A stretch of 64,000 bases of DNA from Tubulanus polymorphus (lineage: Eukaryota > Animalia > Nemertea), in assembly GCF_964204645.1 (NCBI RefSeq), contig NC_134034.1:8940962-9004961 (forward strand), given 5' to 3'. Shown here in pieces: positions 58,993 through 64,000 of the stretch. Within the stretch, counting starts at the first letter, position 1. Every line of letters begins with the position of its first letter. A program made the position numbers and the translations under genes. The notes below the pieces were generated by a model that did not search any database, had not been told where the DNA came from, and was given only the letters and a program-made list of their open reading frames with translations.

Positions 58993-59576
58993 CATGATAA
59001 ATTTCCGAAATTCGAAGTCAAGTGTTCAGACTCGGGGATATCTCAATTGGTCAGTTACTGACCATCGTGGTGTCACCATTGTGGTCTATAGCTCAAATGA
59101 AACATGTGGAACCGAGCGTTAAGTCATTTCCTGGAGTGACGTGATCCAAAAATGCCCTAACTGGAAAAGGCAGTCTCTCAATTGGATGAAACCAAATCGG
59201 ACAGGACAATTAAAATTTGGGAAGGTCACAGGTAGTGGACTTTCTACGAAGCCCACGCGGTGAGCGTATTAATATGAAATCTTTTTTTAAACCACCATGT
59301 ACCACGAAGTAATTAGCATCGTTGTAAGCACTTGAAACAGCCATTAACCACTTGAAACTGTCAGATCAAACATCATACCGCATCCCCGCAAAGAGGGGTG
59401 GTTCAGCAAACCGGAGTTTTCATTGGCCTCTCTAGACTACCCCGCCAGTACGGGTAGCCGAGCAAACCGGAAAACTCATAATGTACGCACCAACCGGCAC
59501 AGGCCTAACACTTTTTGTCAACTGTGTGTACCGTAGTAGGCTATCGATAATCACCTGATACTTTTCTGTCGTTTGT

Positions 59577-62501
59577 TGTCAGAGCTCAGACCACTATTCC
59601 AAAATCTTCTATATCCTATAGTAAAAACAAGAAATTCGAGAGTTTAGTTCATATATAAGCGCGTAAATTCAGGGGAAATCCTGCTTATGGCTCATAGGCC
59701 AGCATCTTAGCTACGCATTGAAGTGGTTTTCGCCCCACATACCCAACCTAACTTTTGAAATAATCAAACCTTTAGAAAGGAGGGGTATCCCAGTACAGGT
59801 ATGCCAGTACATCCGAGCCAAATATCTAAGGGAATCCCCCACCGTGTTTGGTACCCTTACTCCAAGCAAAAAAAGTCCAGGGAATCCCTTATTTCATCAT
59901 CAATCTGTCTCTCGGATGGATTTCATACATATAACCGAAATTCGTTACCTATCCCATTTGCAGAAATTATGGCAACATTTACGGGGGACCTCTTCTTCAC
60001 TCTAGGTACTATTTTTGGGGTCCGGCCCTACGCATCTTCGAGCTACTAACCTAATTGTGGTCTGATGCCTGTCAAGTACCCAAACTTAAGAATAGCATTG
60101 GTTTTTGTACAGTTTTAGAAAGAGTGGAGACACCCTAGTTATACAACGCAATACAATAGCTCTCGGCCAATTACACATGGAAATACATACTAATGCACAA
60201 ATCGCGCGTATGCGACAAAATCCAAGTTTTCTATCAATATCATCTAAGTCAAACATTCATTTCAAAATATGAATAAAATAATTAGGGTTTTCTGACTTTT
60301 GTCGAAAAACCCTCTTGAAATTCTGTTGATTATCATTATTATTATATATTTTCCGCCGATTTCGCCAAATAAAATTCATCTTCATTCAGATTCGGCAACT
60401 GACAGCTTCGAAACGAAATGTATAAACTGATACTGTAATAACGGTCTCTCTGAACCAACAGATTGTCTGAATGTACATTCCATCCTATTTGAAACTTAAA
60501 ATTACTTATTAGGTTACTGTAAATAAAGAATTGAATTGTTAGACAACAAGCATCGGCGAAATAACAGTTTGTGACGTCATTTAGTAAGTAAATAAAGGAG
60601 GGCTCCGAGAATTTCCAAATCATGGGGGACTATACTGGGGTTAGACCATTCAACCAAAAAGAGGATTGCTCCGATAATATCCAAATCATCTCATTTTATA
60701 TTTTCCATCGAATACCCGGTAATTAATTTTTCCTTTCGATCACATGCATCCAGAAAACCCGTTATCGCTGCTTTGCAGCTATATTTAGGGTTTTCTGACT
60801 TTCGTCGAAAACCCTCTTGAAATTCTCTTGATTATTATTATTTTTATATATTTTCCGCCGATTTCGCCAAATAAAATTCATCTTCATTCAGATTCGGCAA
60901 CTGACAGCTTCGAAACGAAATGTATATATTGATACTGTAATAACGGTCTCTCTGAACCAACAGATTGTCTGAATGTACTTTCCATCCTATTTGAAACTTA
61001 AGATTACTTATTAGGTTACTGTAAATAAAGAATTGAATTGAATTGTTAGACAACAAGCACCGGCGAAATAACAGTTTGTGACGTCATTTAGTGAGTAAAT
61101 GAAGGAGGGCTCCGGGAATTTCCAAATCACGGGGACTATACTGGGGTTAGACCATTCAACCAAAAAGAGGATTGCTCCGATCATATCCAAATCATCTTAT
61201 TTTATTTTTTTCCATCGAATACCCGGTAATTAATTTTTCCTTTCGATCATATGCATCCAGAAAACCCGTTATCGCTGCTTTGCAGCTATATTTATACAAC
61301 ATTTTCTGAATACTTGATAGATTTTTTTCACTGATGGATATAAATATATGGCTATGGATAAAAATCAGAAACACAATCTTTAAGCATTTTTTGAAAAAAA
61401 AATGCCATTTTCATCATCGAATTGGCTGAAACCTTTAGATTTGGCGTTTTCTTGCGCTGAAGGCCTAATTCGAATGCACCCTACTGCGTCCACAGGCCTT
61501 CGGCCGGGACGAATTTTATATAACATGTGTAGTTGTCACCAGTACTACTTAGGAAAAATATCACAACTGGCCTCTGACAATGTCCTTTCGGTTGCCATGG
61601 TTTCAACGAAAATATGCATTTCCCCTACCCCTTAAATTCCTGACAGTATCTGGCACCAAAAAGTCAGCCAAACTAGTTAACTTAATCAAAGAAAGCTGAA
61701 TTAATGTGATTATTCTGCATGGGCAAGGATGGCCTTTATGAAATAAATTTATGAGCCTAGACCGAGCCTCCTACGAGAAAATATCTTACGATTCATGCCT
61801 AAAAATTGACCGAAATCTGCGATTCTAGCCTTCTACAAGCAAAAATATAACCAAATCCTACCATGAAACTGATTAAAATCAGCGAATTAGGTCTCAATGA
61901 ATGCCTCAAGACGACTCATATGTGCAGAAGATGTATAAGATAAAAATTATTTGTGAAATTTCATCAAAACTTCAAAATTTGTTATTTTAGCTGTATTGGC
62001 TGTCAGAGCTCAGACCACTATTCCAAAATCTACTATATCCAATAGTAAAAACAAGAAATTCGAGAGTTTAGTTCATATATAAGCGCGTAAATTCAGGGGA
62101 AATCCTGCATATGGCTCATAGGCCAGCATCTTAGCTACGCATTGAAGTGGTTTTCGCCCCACATACCCAACCTAACTTTTGAAATAATCAAACCTTCAGA
62201 AAGGAGGGGTATCCCAGTACAGGTATGCCAGTACATCCGAGCCAAATATCTAAGGGAATCCCCCACCGTGTTTGGTACCCTTACTCCAAGCAAAAAAAGT
62301 CCAGGGAATCCCTTATTTCTTCATAATCAATCTGTTTTCAGGATCAATGGATTTCATACATATAACCGAAATTCGTTACCTATCCCATTTGCAGAAATTA
62401 TGGCAACATTTATGGGGGACCTCTTCTTCACCCTAGGTACTATTTTTGGGGTCCGGCCCCACGCATCTTCGAGCTACTAACCTAAGTGTGTTCTGATGCC
62501 T
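59577..62501. repeat. Nested local duplications: 59577-60070 vs 62001-62501, and tandem ~500-bp units ~60285-60785 / 60786-61291
   Basis: Direct sequence identity and duplicated spurious ORFs (59718/62142, 60342/60844). Confidence 0.88.
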
Positions 62502-63335
62502 TCTCTCTGAGACGAACATAATTCTAATAGCCCTCCGCGACTCAACGACCTTGATTTAAACTTGATCAATTCAAAATCTGTTTATTGAAGCTTTTGGTTA
62601 CATGAACTGATCAGCAATATACTTAAATGAAACAGGGAAGTGTGATGAGATGAAATACGGACGCTTTTAATTGCCGGATGTAGGCTATTCAATTCAGCCC
62701 GTACATCAAAGGTTACCGCAACAGCAGTAAGCTACGCTTATCGAGTGTGTGTTACCAGCTGAACACCAGTCAACATCAACTTTGATTCGGTCGCAGAACA
62801 ACCCGCAATAGTTTTAGCCCGATAAATGTTCTGCGATCGATACTACGCATGCGCACTGCAGTTCATTGAACAACGTGGAAGTGGCTGTGTATACATATAT
62901 TTTTCTTTAGAAAATCGGTTGAAATTCAACAACTTCTCGTAAAATTTGTCCAAAAAGGTATGTATTTTTATTCTTCTATATCTCCGAAACCCGGTATCGG
63001 AACATTAAGTATTTATATTGTGATTAAAGTCTGTTTTTATGTGTTAAACATATTTTTTGCCAGTTCGTTCCGATTCCGGGTTTAGCGTTATTTGGGCCTT
63101 GGAGATGTCAAATATTTCGGCCCAGACTCGCGCAGCTTTCGTTTCTGACGTCATGTTGCTATGTTACGACACAAACATATACACGAAGTATGATCTTTAA
63201 AATGTGTATTTACTACATAATAATGTTACTTAATAACGCTTACATTAGGCCTACAAATTATTGTCCCCCATATAAACCAAGTTGCCTAAATAGTATCAGC
63301 AATCTCATTTAATTAACCTTTTCTTGTTTTTAGTC

Positions 63336-63668
63336 ATGGATCTTTGTCGATTGTGTGGAAAAAATGCGAAACCTCCGGATCGTCGTCCTATCGATAAAAA
63401 TAATTTCAAAAGCCATGTGAAGGAGTTGTTCAACATTGATTTTGATGATGATACTGAACAGTACCCGATATATATCTGTAATATGTGTCGTGTCAAATTA
63501 CAAAAATGGCGTAAGAACAAAAACGTTAAAAAAACTGTCCCTGTGATTATCAAATTAAAACAATGGACATGTAAACGACTGGTTAATTCCAAGTCTGGAC
63601 GGCGACGTATTTGTAGTCAAAATTTTATCGATCGATTTTCCATAATGTACTGCTGCCATTCCATTTGA
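63336..63668 (+). pseudogene. Chapaev-transposase/RAG1 N-terminal-like zinc domain fragment
   Basis: CRLCG-x~30-D-x4-YP-x3-CNMC...W spacing resembles the CRxCG...D..HP..CxxC motif. Possible next exon after the acceptor at ~63905. Confidence 0.4.
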
Positions 63669-64000
63669 ACTGAATTTAAATACTCGATGGTTAATCACTT
63701 CAGTCATAGCCTTTTCCAAATATATAGTGTTCCTGCGAAAATAATAATAATGATTATTATTTTAACATGTACTTATCTGGATTTTTTATATTATGTTTAT
63801 ATATTATTTTCTGTATTCGTTTATTATTTTATAACCTAAAAGGATTGTATTGATTATAAACATAAATGTAAAAAATACCTGTATGTGTGTTTTCTCGTGT
63901 TCAGATCGCAGTCTCTGGTCAGCTGAGCCTGAGAAGTACCTATATGAAAAAGAAAAGGAAAGAATGAAGTGCCTGCAATTAGGTGGAAACTATTCCGATA

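Noticed and set aside
59718-62480. Duplicated short ORFs (MKWFSPHIP..., MIWKFSEP...)
   Set aside because: They arise from non-coding duplications, and the frames are not preserved between copies.

Overview
Eukaryotic, probably invertebrate-animal, repeat-rich genomic DNA carrying three related, very AT-rich endogenous Polinton/Maverick (adintovirus-like) elements. Element C (42517-58992, 16,476 bp) is full-length: 170-bp terminal inverted repeats (5'-AGTAATT...AATTACT-3'), a 6-bp target-site duplication (CATGAT), protein-primed PolB, retroviral-type integrase with chromodomain, A32-like packaging ATPase, major and minor capsid proteins, several hydrophobic proteins, an HNH nuclease and zinc-finger proteins. 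No recognisable adenain protease gene is present. Element A (7405-~25599) is a more decayed relative with a 268-bp fold-back at its left end and a deleted right end. Element B (~29105-31460) is an inverted fragment of the A type. A and C share an almost identical structural gene block but have divergent pPolB and integrase genes in a different gene order. The most striking signal is that nearly every viral ORF starts in a poxvirus-late-promoter-like context (T-run + TAAATG), which suggests, by inference only, a virophage-like dependence on a poxvirus/NCLDV helper. The rest is host repeat DNA: TIR/minisatellite elements, local duplications, (TA)n, and decayed spliced gene fragments (SGNH hydrolase, poly-Q/BEN-like, Chapaev/RAG1-like zinc domain). 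All similarity statements are by-eye comparisons; no searches were run.
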